A stretch of 64,000 nucleotides of DNA from a candidate division WOR-3 bacterium (GCA_965648905.1 CBFGIT010000003.1:1-64000), one strand, 5' to 3'. Counted from the first letter of the stretch, positions 19,059 to 28,660 are shown. The notes: a model not told the origin generated them from the letters alone. Made by a program: numbers and translations.

Positions 19059-19296
19059 TTACACCGAGATGGCAGGGGGCCGGTATTCATGCCCCCAGGA
19101 GCCGGCCTTGAAGACCAAGACACCGGCCCACTCAGAACAACAACATAACACCGGGTAGAGTGAAGTCCCGGCGTGCAAGTCCACTAGACCTGACCCGTGT
19201 CAGGACATTGGGTTTGCGGCCGAAAAGACTCAAGCAAGAAGAAGATGTTCTGCCCGGACAAAGAGAGGCTGAGATACATTCCGGAAGGGGTGAACG

Positions 19297-19539
19297 ATGA
19301 CCGACGTACTCAGGACCGCATGGACCAAGGGTTTGGAGCGGCTCAAGGACCAGGGTGTGCAACTGCCGCCACCAGGCCATCGGGCGATTGAGAATGCGCG
19401 CACCGAGTTCGAGACGATTGCCGGCCCGATTCAGGGTCAGCCCAGGTTCGACCGCGAAGCGCCCAAACTCGCTGCGCACCTGGTGACTGAGTCCCTGGCC
19501 CGCCACTACTACGAGCTCGCCAGCCGCGACTGGCTGTAG
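19297..19539 (+). CDS. Hypothetical protein (80 aa)
   Basis: RBS-like AAGGGGTGA, host-like codon usage; no family recognised. Confidence 0.55.
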   Translation: MTDVLRTAWTKGLERLKDQGVQLPPPGHRAIENARTEFETIAGPIQGQPRFDREAPKLAAHLVTESLARHYYELASRDWL

Positions 19540-19613
19540 CACCCGAGCGGTTCAAAGTCGCCTCAGCTCCTCCTCTGTTGCAATCGCGGCTGGTCAAGGT
19601 AAGCTGAAGGCGC

Positions 19614-20675
19614 ATGAGAGACCAGTCGCAACCGACTGCGGTCGCCCTCTTGTCCGGCGGGCTTGACTCGACCCTCGCGGCCAGGCTCGTGCTTGACCTC
19701 GGGGTGAAGGTTATCGGCGTGAACTTCGCGGGAGCCTACTGCCCGCGGCCGCTTCAGGGCAGAAGCAATGCCGAAAAGGCTGCCGAGCAACTGGGTATCG
19801 AACTTGTCACCCTGCCGATCGACCAGGAGTTCATCGAGATGGTGAAATCTCCGAAGCACGGCCGGGGCAGGAACATGAACCCATGCATCGACTGCCATAT
19901 CCTGATGGTTCGCAAGGCATGGGAGTATGGCCAGACGCGCGGTGCTCAGTTCATCATCACCGGCGAAGTCCTGGGCCAGCGGCCGATGTCTCAGAACCGG
20001 CAGGCGCTCGTGAAAGTCGCGCGTGAGTCAGGCACCGACGGACACCTGGTCCGGCCGCTTTCAGCCAAGCTACTCGACGAAACCCTGCCCGAGAAGCAAG
20101 GCCTGCTCGACCGGCGCAGGCTCTTCGACATCCAGGGCCGGATGCGCAAGCGGCAGATGGTGCTCGCTGTGCTCTACCGAATCAAAGATTACCCGACTCC
20201 GGCTGGCGGCTGCCTGCTGACCGAGCCGGTCTTCTCCAGCCGACTCGAGGACGCCTTTGCCCACGGTGAGGATTCAGTGCCGATAGTCGAGCTGCTCGGC
20301 CTGGGCCGGCATTTTCGGCTGAGCTCGGGCGCGCGGGTCGTGGTCGGCCGGGACCAAGAGGAAAACGCGGCGCTGGCAGAGTTTGCCCGAGGACGCAATC
20401 CCAGTTCTCTGGCAGAAACGGGTCATGTCCCCGCGGTCATCGACGCAACACACTTGCCCGGGCCGCTGTGCCTGCTTATCCCGGTTGTTCCCAATCCCAC
20501 GGCGGAATTGGGTCATGTCCCGGTCTGGGACGAAGACGTCGGTGCTGCGGCGCGGTTGTGCGCGGCGTTCAGTGACCGGCGCAGAGAGAAACGTGTGCGC
20601 GTGCAGGTGAACGGCCGCGAGCTGGATGTGAATCCCGCAACTCAGGAGGAGATTGCGGCCTGGCGCATCGACTGA
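19614..20675 (+). CDS. ThiI/MnmA-like PP-loop tRNA thiolation protein with DUF814-type C-terminus
   Basis: LLSGGLDS, NPCIDC, TGEVLGQRPMSQ, RPLSAK, PAGGCLLT, GRHFRL, VGRDQEEN. Confidence 0.85.
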   Translation: MRDQSQPTAVALLSGGLDSTLAARLVLDLGVKVIGVNFAGAYCPRPLQGRSNAEKAAEQLGIELVTLPIDQEFIEMVKSPKHGRGRNMNPCIDCHILMVRKAWEYGQTRGAQFIITGEVLGQRPMSQNRQALVKVARESGTDGHLVRPLSAKLLDETLPEKQGLLDRRRLFDIQGRMRKRQMVLAVLYRIKDYPTPAGGCLLTEPVFSSRLEDAFAHGEDSVPIVELLGLGRHFRLSSGARVVVGRDQEENAALAEFARGRNPSSLAETGHVPAVIDATHLPGPLCLLIPVVPNPTAELGHVPVWDEDVGAAARLCAAFSDRRREKRVRVQVNGRELDVNPATQEEIAAWRID

Positions 20676-20690
20676 CCTAAGGAGGCTTGA

Positions 20691-22715
20691 ATGACCATCC
20701 TGCTGTTGTTGTGTCTTACCAGTCAGAACATCGAACGCGTGTCAACGGCCGTGCTCTCTGGTGCGGACCGGAAGCTGGTCGTTGACGGCACGCGGCTCTA
20801 CTCTGCCTGCGAGCGCGGGCTTGATATCTTCGACATCACTGAGCCGGAGAGTATCAGGCTGCTCGGGTACTGCAACACGCCGGGCTTCGCCTATGGCTGC
20901 GCGGTGCAGGAATCGATCGCCTTTATCGCCGACAACTTCAACGGTCTGGTGGTGCTGGACGTTGCCGACCCGGCCCGACCGCGCGAACTCAGCCGGTACC
21001 CGATGGCGTCAATCGAGGATGTCGTGGTCAAGGACACCTTTGCGTTCTGCGGCTCGAATGACTTGGCGGTGCTGAGCATCGCCGATTTGGCGCGGCCGCG
21101 GCGACTAGGGCTTCTGTCCGGAGTCGGCATCAAGCGCATGGCGCTCAAAGACACGCTGCTCTTTGTCGCGACCCAGACTGGCCTTAAGGTGCTGAGCGTG
21201 GCCAGCCCCCAGTCGCCGCGCCAGGTCGCGAGTATCGAGGCGAGCTGGCTGCGCGACGTGACCGTGCAGGGCAACTACGTCTACACCTGCGGCGACACCG
21301 AGCTGCTCATCTACGACGCGACAACGCTCGCCCGGGTCGGACGCTATGACGGCGGCTATCTGGCTTTCGGGCTGGCGGTCAAAGACAGCCTTGCGTTTCT
21401 CTGCCGGGGCCAGAACATGGACGTAAGAATCGTGAACGTGGCAAACCCGGCCTTGCCGGTCTACCGGGGCCAGTTCACCTGCCAGAACGGGCCCCAGTCG
21501 GCCGCGGTTTCGGGCCACTATGTGTTTGCCGGGGTCTGGTCGCGCGACCTGCTCGTGGCCGATTTCACCAATCCGGCTGCGCCGGTAGTACGTGGCCGGT
21601 TCAAGCGGCCCGGCGAAATCAACGATGCCTGGCGCAACGGCAACCTGGTCGTCACTGCGGACCGCTGGTATGGAGTGACGGTCGTGGACGTGACCGACAT
21701 CGAGCACCCAGTCGAGCTGGGTGAATTGGTCTTGTCCGGGTATCCCCGGCGCGTGGTCGTGCGCGACTCACTCGCCTTTGTCGCGAACTACGACGGCCTG
21801 GCGATTGTCAGCCTTGCCAACCCGGCCCGACCGGCTCTTCTGGCCCAGACCACAACCAGCTACTACACCTACAAGGTCACAGTCAAAGATACTTTCGCCT
21901 ATGTGGCCGAACGCGAATGGAACCCGTATCACGGCACGCTCCTGGTCTACGGCCTGAGCGACCCCCGGCAGCCGCACCTGCTTGGCAGCTACTCGACCAA
22001 TGGTGGCGGCGTCGAAGCGGTCGCCCACCCGGTCGGCCGGTACTGCTATGTCGTGAGTCAGGGCTGGAGCCTGAACGAGTTCGCCATCATCAACGTTGAA
22101 GACCCACGCGCACCGCGCCGGGTCTCAGGCCTTGCCATCAATGGTTACCCGATTGACGTCGATGCCGCGGGCGAGTACTGCTACGCGCTCGTCACCAGCC
22201 CGAACCAGCGCATCGAGGTCATCTCGGTTGCCGACACGCTTCAACCGAGCCTGCTTGCGACCGTGGGCCTGACCAACAGCCCACGCGCACTCTACGTCCG
22301 TGCGCCCTATCTGTTCGTCTCCTACTACTACCACGGCATCGAGGTGTTCGACATCTCCAACCCGGCTGCGCCGCGCTCAATTGCCACCTGCGACCTGCCC
22401 GGCAGCGCGCAAGGGCTGTATTGCGACGACCAGTGGTACGTCTATGTCGGTGACTCGCACTCCGTTGAGCTGCTCCGTCTTGTTCTGACCGGCATCACGG
22501 CCGAAACCAGCCGAGCCGGAAACAGATGCAACGCAACCCTGTGCCGGAACCAGGTCAAGCTCACACCCGGGAAGGTCGATGTTGTGGACGCGACCGGCCG
22601 AAAAGTCATGACCGGCACGGTCACTCAAGACGGCACGCTCGACATCAGTCGGTTGCCGCCGGGCGTCTACTACGCGACCGGTACTGAGCCGGCGCGGTTC
22701 GTCAAGGTTCGTTAG
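20691..22715 (+). CDS. Secreted LVIVD-repeat beta-propeller protein with C-terminal sorting-like domain
   Basis: Repeated GL.I.D..P..P units; C-terminal DATGRKV...LPPGVYY...RFVKVR; RBS AAGGAGG. Confidence 0.85.
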   Translation: MTILLLLCLTSQNIERVSTAVLSGADRKLVVDGTRLYSACERGLDIFDITEPESIRLLGYCNTPGFAYGCAVQESIAFIADNFNGLVVLDVADPARPRELSRYPMASIEDVVVKDTFAFCGSNDLAVLSIADLARPRRLGLLSGVGIKRMALKDTLLFVATQTGLKVLSVASPQSPRQVASIEASWLRDVTVQGNYVYTCGDTELLIYDATTLARVGRYDGGYLAFGLAVKDSLAFLCRGQNMDVRIVNVANPALPVYRGQFTCQNGPQSAAVSGHYVFAGVWSRDLLVADFTNPAAPVVRGRFKRPGEINDAWRNGNLVVTADRWYGVTVVDVTDIEHPVELGELVLSGYPRRVVVRDSLAFVANYDGLAIVSLANPARPALLAQTTTSYYTYKVTVKDTFAYVAEREWNPYHGTLLVYGLSDPRQPHLLGSYSTNGGGVEAVAHPVGRYCYVVSQGWSLNEFAIINVEDPRAPRRVSGLAINGYPIDVDAAGEYCYALVTSPNQRIEVISVADTLQPSLLATVGLTNSPRALYVRAPYLFVSYYYHGIEVFDISNPAAPRSIATCDLPGSAQGLYCDDQWYVYVGDSHSVELLRLVLTGITAETSRAGNRCNATLCRNQVKLTPGKVDVVDATGRKVMTGTVTQDGTLDISRLPPGVYYATGTEPARFVKVR

Positions 22716-22748
22716 GCAGACAAAGCAGAGGCCGGCAGCACGTAGAAA

Positions 22749-23064
22749 CCTGTGGCCAAGCTGCATCCCCATCTGCGTCTCCGGGTGCGGTCTGGTCTGG
22801 TGCTCCCAGTCTAGACTCGCCTGCCCGCCAGCCTGCAGTTCGGTACGCTCTCGAACCCGGCTTCTTAGTCGGTCTGTCACTTGAGTCCTGCTCTGCTTCC
22901 TCACCTGCGCTGACGCCCGACTGCCCAACCGCATTCTGAGCCGGCGCTGACCGCGCTGTCTTGGCTGGCAGAGGGAGCGACTCCCCCACTCGCTCCCCCT
23001 GCCGGTTCCGAAGACAGGTCGGACACCGGGAACTAAAGCTAACATGCTCAAGATACGATAGTTA
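22749..23064. repeat. Degenerate 12-bp-periodic tract plus conserved end motif plus TAAC-N17-GTTA (copy 1)
   Basis: 21 in-phase units 22749-23000 (ctgcatccccat, ctgcgtctccgg, ctgcccgccagc, ctgcagttcggt, ctgcttcctcac, ctgcgctgacgc ...); end motif shared with 53415-53445. Confidence 0.7.
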
Positions 23065-23305
23065 GAATGACCGGTCAGGTTCTGAGAGCCTTATCCGGTC
23101 TGGTCCCAGGGTGCTCTGGCGCGGAGTTCGGCCTGCCCTTCGCCTCTGGTGGTCGTTGGGCGAGTTCCCTAATCCTCTCGCACCTGCCAGACCCTCCTCT
23201 CAAGTCCCGGTATGCCGGCTCGATGCCCTGCACCTTCATCTCAGCCCGCCGCCAAACATGAACCGGTCAGCGAAGCAGCCCCGCTGCCCCGACTTCCCCT
23301 CTGCG

Positions 23306-24697
23306 TCAGAACCCCAGTCGGACTCTCTTCTCGACCTCCGTGTATCCATCCAATTCGCGCCTGGCTGCAGCCTCGAAGTCAGCCATGGCAATCCGCCCTG
23401 TGTCCGAGTCCCCACTCATCCGCGATGCTGCGAGTGAAGCCGCCGAGAGAACCGCGTTGGCAATCTGCCCACCGGTCAGCTTGTAGTTCTCGGCCAACTG
23501 CCTGAGGTCAACGTCCGGCGCGAGCGGTACGGCTTCGGGCAAGTGCTTCCGCCATATCTCGGCGCGGACTTTAGCATCTGGTGGTTCGAAAAAGACCTTG
23601 TGCTTGATGCGGCGTTCGAACGCCGGGTCGAACACGCCGGCGTGGTTCGTGGTCAGAATGACGATTCCCGGAAACTGCTCCATCTCCATCAGCAGGGTAT
23701 TCACCTCGCTGTTGGCGAAGCGGTCGCTTGAGGTGTTCACGTCGGTTCTCCGGGCGAACACCGCATCAGCCTCATCGAAGATGAGCACCTTGCCCTGCTT
23801 TGCCGCCTCGGCAAATGCGCCGTGCGTGTTCTTCTGCGTCTCGCCAACCCACTTGCTCACCAAGTCCGGATAGCTGACAACCAGCGGCTCGCGGCCAAGC
23901 GCCCGGCACAGCATCCGCGCGGTCAGAGTCTTGCCCGTGCCCGACGGCCCGTGAAACAAGATGCAAACCCCGCCTGATACCTGCGGCAGGGAACCGAATC
24001 CCCACTTCTCGCGAATCAGGTCCCGACGGCGGACATAGCCCCACAGCGTGCGGATGGACTCGATGGCCGTGTCACCGAGCACGACGCCGGAGCCGACAAG
24101 GAACTCGGCGATGTCGCCCTCACAGCAGGCTCCTGCCGCGTCCTTGCCCGTCTGTGCCGGCCCGCACTCGACGCCCATGAGCCTCGCCACCACGCTGTCG
24201 TCGAGGCAGAGCCGCCGCGACCCGAATCCCTCCCGGCAGTTCACTGCCGAGAGCAGACGGCTGCCCGGCAGGAAGTAGCCCAGGTACTGCTGCGTATCTT
24301 CCTCCCGGCCCCGGGCAAGAAGAATGACTATCTCGGCCACCTTCAGACCAACGCGCCCGTCGTCATGGGTCAGGTCGGTTGCGGCCACGAGCAGCAGCTC
24401 TACCACCTCCCGCTCCACCGCATCCAGCCCAAACGACTCCGCGAAGTCGTCTATCGGCAGCCTGATGCCGGCGGCCTCAGTCTGGATTTCGCGGACCAGG
24501 TGCTCTTCCTCATACCATTGCAGCGCCGCTTTCAGCACCTCGCGGTCAACCGCGGATGCGTGCTCACGGCGTGGGCGCCACTCGTCGTCCCTGATGCCGC
24601 AGAACCGGCGCGCGAGCCTTACGAACCGGCGCTTCCCCTCCAGCCACTCGCCCGGGGTTGTGTAGGCTTCAGGTGCCGCCTGCTTTGCCTCGTTCAT
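23306..24697 (-). CDS. AAA+ ATPase with uncharacterised N-terminal region
   Basis: Walker A GPSGTGKT, SKWVGET, Walker B IFDEAD, EVNTLLMEME, TTN, DPAFERRI, LTGGQIAN. Confidence 0.9.
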   Translation of the reverse strand: MNEAKQAAPEAYTTPGEWLEGKRRFVRLARRFCGIRDDEWRPRREHASAVDREVLKAALQWYEEEHLVREIQTEAAGIRLPIDDFAESFGLDAVEREVVELLLVAATDLTHDDGRVGLKVAEIVILLARGREEDTQQYLGYFLPGSRLLSAVNCREGFGSRRLCLDDSVVARLMGVECGPAQTGKDAAGACCEGDIAEFLVGSGVVLGDTAIESIRTLWGYVRRRDLIREKWGFGSLPQVSGGVCILFHGPSGTGKTLTARMLCRALGREPLVVSYPDLVSKWVGETQKNTHGAFAEAAKQGKVLIFDEADAVFARRTDVNTSSDRFANSEVNTLLMEMEQFPGIVILTTNHAGVFDPAFERRIKHKVFFEPPDAKVRAEIWRKHLPEAVPLAPDVDLRQLAENYKLTGGQIANAVLSAASLAASRMSGDSDTGRIAMADFEAAARRELDGYTEVEKRVRLGF

Positions 24698-25284
24698 TGC
24701 TCCTCCTTCCTGGCCTCAAGCCGCTTCCTTTCATCATCGAGGATGAAGTAGAACACGAAGGCGTCTTCGTAGAGAGTCAGAAAGTCCTCGATGTCCAGTT
24801 CGCGCTTCTCGTTGACCAGCTTGAACTGGTCGTGCACGTAGTTCTTGATGAGGCCGAGCATGTTGTCGTTCCATGCCTGCCGGAACTCATCCTGGTACTG
24901 CCGCAACTCCGGGTCGTTAGCGGAAGCCGCGACGCGGATGTTCTCGTCCACCGGCAGGAATCGGCTTTCGGTCCCGCCTGCCGCCTCCTCGTAGTACCGC
25001 CTCGCTACCGGAAGCGCCTCCGTGAACCGGCGCATCACATCATGCACTGCCGGCAGGTCTCGGGCCTCGAATCTCTCCTTGCCGTGAACCAGGCCGAACA
25101 GCCGATAGACGTGCGCCTTGGCCGCAAGCGCCATGCATTCCGGCATCGCACTCATTATCTCCTCCCGCCGCTTCCTCATATCCTCGATGAAGTCTGCCAC
25201 CTTCCTCAAGCTGGCCAGCGCATCCGCATAAGTTTCGGCCGACATTGCTTTCCGGCCTGCGTTGCTCATAGACGAATCGGTCAT
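24694..25284 (-). CDS. Hypothetical helical protein coupled to the AAA ATPase
   Basis: RBS AAAGGAG; ATGA overlap with the ATPase start; 196 aa. Confidence 0.7.
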   Translation of the reverse strand: MTDSSMSNAGRKAMSAETYADALASLRKVADFIEDMRKRREEIMSAMPECMALAAKAHVYRLFGLVHGKERFEARDLPAVHDVMRRFTEALPVARRYYEEAAGGTESRFLPVDENIRVAASANDPELRQYQDEFRQAWNDNMLGLIKNYVHDQFKLVNEKRELDIEDFLTLYEDAFVFYFILDDERKRLEARKEEQ

Positions 25285-25617
25285 ACGGTCTCCTTTCTGG
25301 TTTCTGTAGTATGACAGCTCTCAGCCATCTGCCAAGTAACCTTGTTCGGCCCTTGGTTGCCATGCCACGCCAACACAGGGCCTAACCTCTTGATAAGAAG
25401 AGAGTTGGGTCATACAAGCGCGGACATCGCGCATTTCGGCCCGTCCCTCTACTGAAATACGGGGTTCTGGTGCAGAATTTGAGTCTGTCAGCATATTCAG
25501 TAAGATTCACAACTGACTGACAAAAAGCGACTTACCAAATCACGCCCGGCACCGAGTCGGCGCATCTGGCTTAAGTGATTACTATTCCTAGGCATAACCA
25601 CGCTCGCCGCCTTCCCG

Positions 25618-25989
25618 TCACTGCCTAATGACCGCCCGGCAGGAAGGACAAGACACCGCCTTCACTCGGGTCCGGCATTGCGGGCACCTTCCGAGTTCAC
25701 CAAGCCATGCCCCGCACTTCGGGCAGATGATGTGCATCATCAGAGTCCCGCATCCCGGGCAGTTGACCGGGAATACAAGCCTCTCGCGGGGCTTCACCTT
25801 GAACTCCCTCGGCTCTCGTATCTCCACCTCGTCGAGCACCAGTCCAACCAACGCTCCGGCCGCCTTGCCGAGGATGCAGGCGGCACGAATCAGGCCCACG
25901 GTGAACACGACAGCGCCGACCAACAGGACGCAGGCAAAGACTATCTCTCCGGTGGTCATGTGTCTCATAGCGCGTATTATGTGTTCCAT
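25618..25989 (-). CDS. Membrane-anchored zinc-ribbon protein
   Basis: N-terminal TM plus four CxxC pairs (CPGC, CPKC, CPQC, CPSC); promoter-like TTGACA-16-CATAAC just upstream. Confidence 0.65.
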   Translation of the reverse strand: MEHIIRAMRHMTTGEIVFACVLLVGAVVFTVGLIRAACILGKAAGALVGLVLDEVEIREPREFKVKPRERLVFPVNCPGCGTLMMHIICPKCGAWLGELGRCPQCRTRVKAVSCPSCRAVIRQ

Positions 25990-26237
25990 GGTGCGTTATG
26001 ACAGCAAACGGCCGTTTGTCAATCGGTATTTTATTAGAACTGTGTCAGAATCGTGTATGTCAAGCAGTAGCAACCACTTAGCGACTTTCGCCGACTGAAA
26101 ACCTGGTGTGTCTCACGGCGCGGGTCGGACAGGTCCGAGAGCGCCTGGGTGCTGCCACACGAGGTAAGGTCATAGTGAGCAGTCGGTTATAGCTTGTCCA
26201 ACTTGACTGGGCCAACCCGCGGCCTATTATCTGGCCT

Positions 26238-27104
26238 ATGAGCCAAGCAGATGATTCGTCCGAGGATGTCCAAGCAGAGCTGAAGAAGCTCGAACAGGAC
26301 AAGCACCTGAACCTGTTCTACTGCTACGGGGCCAAGGAACGGGACGAAGAGAAGAACGTGCTGATCGAGAACAACCTGACCCGGGCGTTCATTCACACAA
26401 TCCGGATGCTGTCCGACAAGAAGCGCCACGAGTTCCTGCGTGCCTTGTTGAAGCGCGACAAGGAGCTAGAACAGCTTGACTTCGGGCAAGCTGAGGTAGC
26501 GCTGCAGGGTTACAGCCCGGGCGAAAAGGGCAAGCTCGGCGAGGCGTATTGTGTGAAGCGTATCGTCACCATCGCAACATCGGCACAGGACCCCGGTGAC
26601 AGAGTCAAGCAAGAGAATGACCCGAAGGAACGGCTGCCCGATGCGTGGATCTTCGGCCAAGACAGACAAAGCAAGTACTGCTTGCTCCTGGAGTGCAAGA
26701 CCAAGAAGCTCCCTCTGAGTCTGGACCAGATTCGCGGTCATGCCGCTTGGTTTGGTGAGCAGGAAGCGAAGGTCTGGAAAGAGCTCGGTTGGGACCAGAT
26801 GAAGATAGAGTCGGGACTACGTCTGCTGCCTCTGACGTGGTACAACGTGCTGGAGGCGATTGACAAGATGCTGCCGGAGCTATCCGACAGGGCTAGCGAC
26901 TCGTCGAACACAGGTCTCATATGGCACGAGAAGATGATACTGACGCATCTATGGGCGTTTCTCGGGTACTACGAGTACTGGCTGTTTGGAGGTTTCTGCT
27001 TTCATACCACGAACAGCGCCACCTACCAGCAACAAGTGAGCGGTCCGTGGCGATTGTCGTCCATCCTGTGTTCAGATCGCGAATCAGCAAGGAGGCCGAG
27101 TTGA
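26238..27104 (+). CDS. Putative PD-(D/E)XK nuclease-fold protein
   Basis: ENNLTRAF, LPDAWIF, LLLECKT, DQIRGH, LTWYNV pattern; composition less GC-rich than the host. Confidence 0.6.
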   Translation: MSQADDSSEDVQAELKKLEQDKHLNLFYCYGAKERDEEKNVLIENNLTRAFIHTIRMLSDKKRHEFLRALLKRDKELEQLDFGQAEVALQGYSPGEKGKLGEAYCVKRIVTIATSAQDPGDRVKQENDPKERLPDAWIFGQDRQSKYCLLLECKTKKLPLSLDQIRGHAAWFGEQEAKVWKELGWDQMKIESGLRLLPLTWYNVLEAIDKMLPELSDRASDSSNTGLIWHEKMILTHLWAFLGYYEYWLFGGFCFHTTNSATYQQQVSGPWRLSSILCSDRESARRPS

Positions 27105-27793
27105 TGGAATCCGATATGCAGGTGTTCTATCGGCGATACAACTGGTTCCGGCAATTCTATAAGGACCTCAACTGCCTGATGTGCAGGATGGACTTGGAGG
27201 TCGCCGCCCCCGGCCTCGAATACAGCCGCAAGGAGATAGTCAGCGAGCTTGGGGACCTGACTCCGTCGTACATGCTTTCTGGTTTCTACACGCTACCTGA
27301 TCCGATCGTCAGATACTACGTGCGCACGAAGGCCCCGCCCTACCTGTCTATGAGCGCCGTGCTATCTAGTGTGGCTAGTCAGTGCCGAAGTCGTAGTCTT
27401 CAAGGACGCGCGACCGTGCTGATTGAGGTCATCAAGACCGAGCCGCTGAAATCCGCTCTCTGCAAGCCGAGTCTGGTGCTGATTGTCCATGGAGCCATGC
27501 CAGGGGACGACGCTTGGCCAAGAGCTGCCCTCAAGAACAAGAGCACGAAATGCTCTATTCTCAGTTGCGAACCGAAGGATGGGAGATTCCACGGTAGCAT
27601 GGAGGTCGTCTTCAAGAAAAAGGGTGCACCCGAGACAAGAGAAGAAGTGGAGTTTGCTTGCTTCGTCGTATCGCTTGATGAGTTCTCGGCGAATGAGATC
27701 CGAAGCCAGGACGAGCTGGCGGGCAAGCTCAAGAGTAAGGTCGTTGCCCCACTCAAGGACGTCTTGAGGAAAGACTTCCCAAGCACGACTTGA
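27104..27793 (+). CDS. Hypothetical protein
   Basis: GGAGG RBS and TGATG overlap with the upstream stop; 229 aa; no family recognised. Confidence 0.6.
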   Translation: MESDMQVFYRRYNWFRQFYKDLNCLMCRMDLEVAAPGLEYSRKEIVSELGDLTPSYMLSGFYTLPDPIVRYYVRTKAPPYLSMSAVLSSVASQCRSRSLQGRATVLIEVIKTEPLKSALCKPSLVLIVHGAMPGDDAWPRAALKNKSTKCSILSCEPKDGRFHGSMEVVFKKKGAPETREEVEFACFVVSLDEFSANEIRSQDELAGKLKSKVVAPLKDVLRKDFPSTT

Positions 27794-27841
27794 TACCACT
27801 GGTCCGCGCCGAAACTAACGCACAACACATTGAGGGTATGT

Positions 27842-28639
27842 ATGACCAATCTTGAGCTTGTGTCCGATGCCGCGAAGGAGGTGCTCGCGGTGCTAGGTGA
27901 AGGGTACGGTGAAGGCGTCTACGAGGAGGCGCTGGCGCACGAACTGCGGCTGCGGCAGATTCCATATGACCGTCAGCGCAACTTCGAGGTGCTATACAAG
28001 GGCTATCGCGCCGGTGAGGGTCGGGTAGACTTCATCATCAACCCGCTCTGGGCCAACCAGGGAGGCAAGGAATTAGTCCTTGAGCTGAAGAGGTTGGCAA
28101 AGATCGGCTCGGACCAGAAGCGCCAGGCCCAGGTCTATATGCTCTCTCTCAACATTGACAACGGCGCGGTGATGAACTTCGCCGCTGAGGTGGAGGTCGT
28201 CGAGGTCACGAAACCAGGCAAGGCCCGCGACCTCACTGTGGCCGCACCCAAACGCGTTGAAGGCGTCGCGCTCCCCGACCTGCTTGAGGCCGGCGCGAAA
28301 GAGGTGTACGACTACCTCGGCCAGGAGTTCATCTACTGCGAGAATGCCAAGAAGATATTTGCCGCAAGCCTCGGCGTCGAGTTGCATCTGTGCGGCTGCG
28401 AGTTCACGGGACTCGACCGCGAGGTGCTCTACAAAGGTCAGCGCGTAGATGCACACAGCTTCGAATTCTGCTTCTCGGACGGCAGCGTTGCCGACACGGC
28501 ATTCTACGACAACGACAAGAAGCTGCAGGAACTCTGTGAAGGCCTTCGTCGCTACAAGACGGCTGCCGGACTCAAGGCCGCCCGTCTTGTTGCCTTCCCG
28601 AAGAAGGAAAAGGACGAAGTGAAGGTCGTCAGCGTCTAG
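27842..28639 (+). CDS. GxxExxY (PD-(D/E)XK-like) protein with tandem duplicated domain
   Basis: LGEGYGEGVYEEALAHEL, YKG, RVDFII, LELK, QAQVYM; second half repeats AKEV...LG...YKG pattern. Confidence 0.85.
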   Translation: MTNLELVSDAAKEVLAVLGEGYGEGVYEEALAHELRLRQIPYDRQRNFEVLYKGYRAGEGRVDFIINPLWANQGGKELVLELKRLAKIGSDQKRQAQVYMLSLNIDNGAVMNFAAEVEVVEVTKPGKARDLTVAAPKRVEGVALPDLLEAGAKEVYDYLGQEFIYCENAKKIFAASLGVELHLCGCEFTGLDREVLYKGQRVDAHSFEFCFSDGSVADTAFYDNDKKLQELCEGLRRYKTAAGLKAARLVAFPKKEKDEVKVVSV

Positions 28640-28660
28640 CCGCTGCGGGATATGACACAC

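Noticed and set aside
22377..23051. 224-aa minus-strand ORF across the first 12-mer tract
   Set aside because: Overlaps the LVIVD gene antisense, has no RBS and its periodic Q/R simply reflects the DNA repeat; coding is not fully excluded.
25548..25563. ggcaccgagtcggcgc, one mismatch from the terminal hairpin of the SpCas9 tracrRNA
   Set aside because: No anti-repeat, no U-tail and no cas gene or array in the window; a short GC-rich match is plausibly chance.
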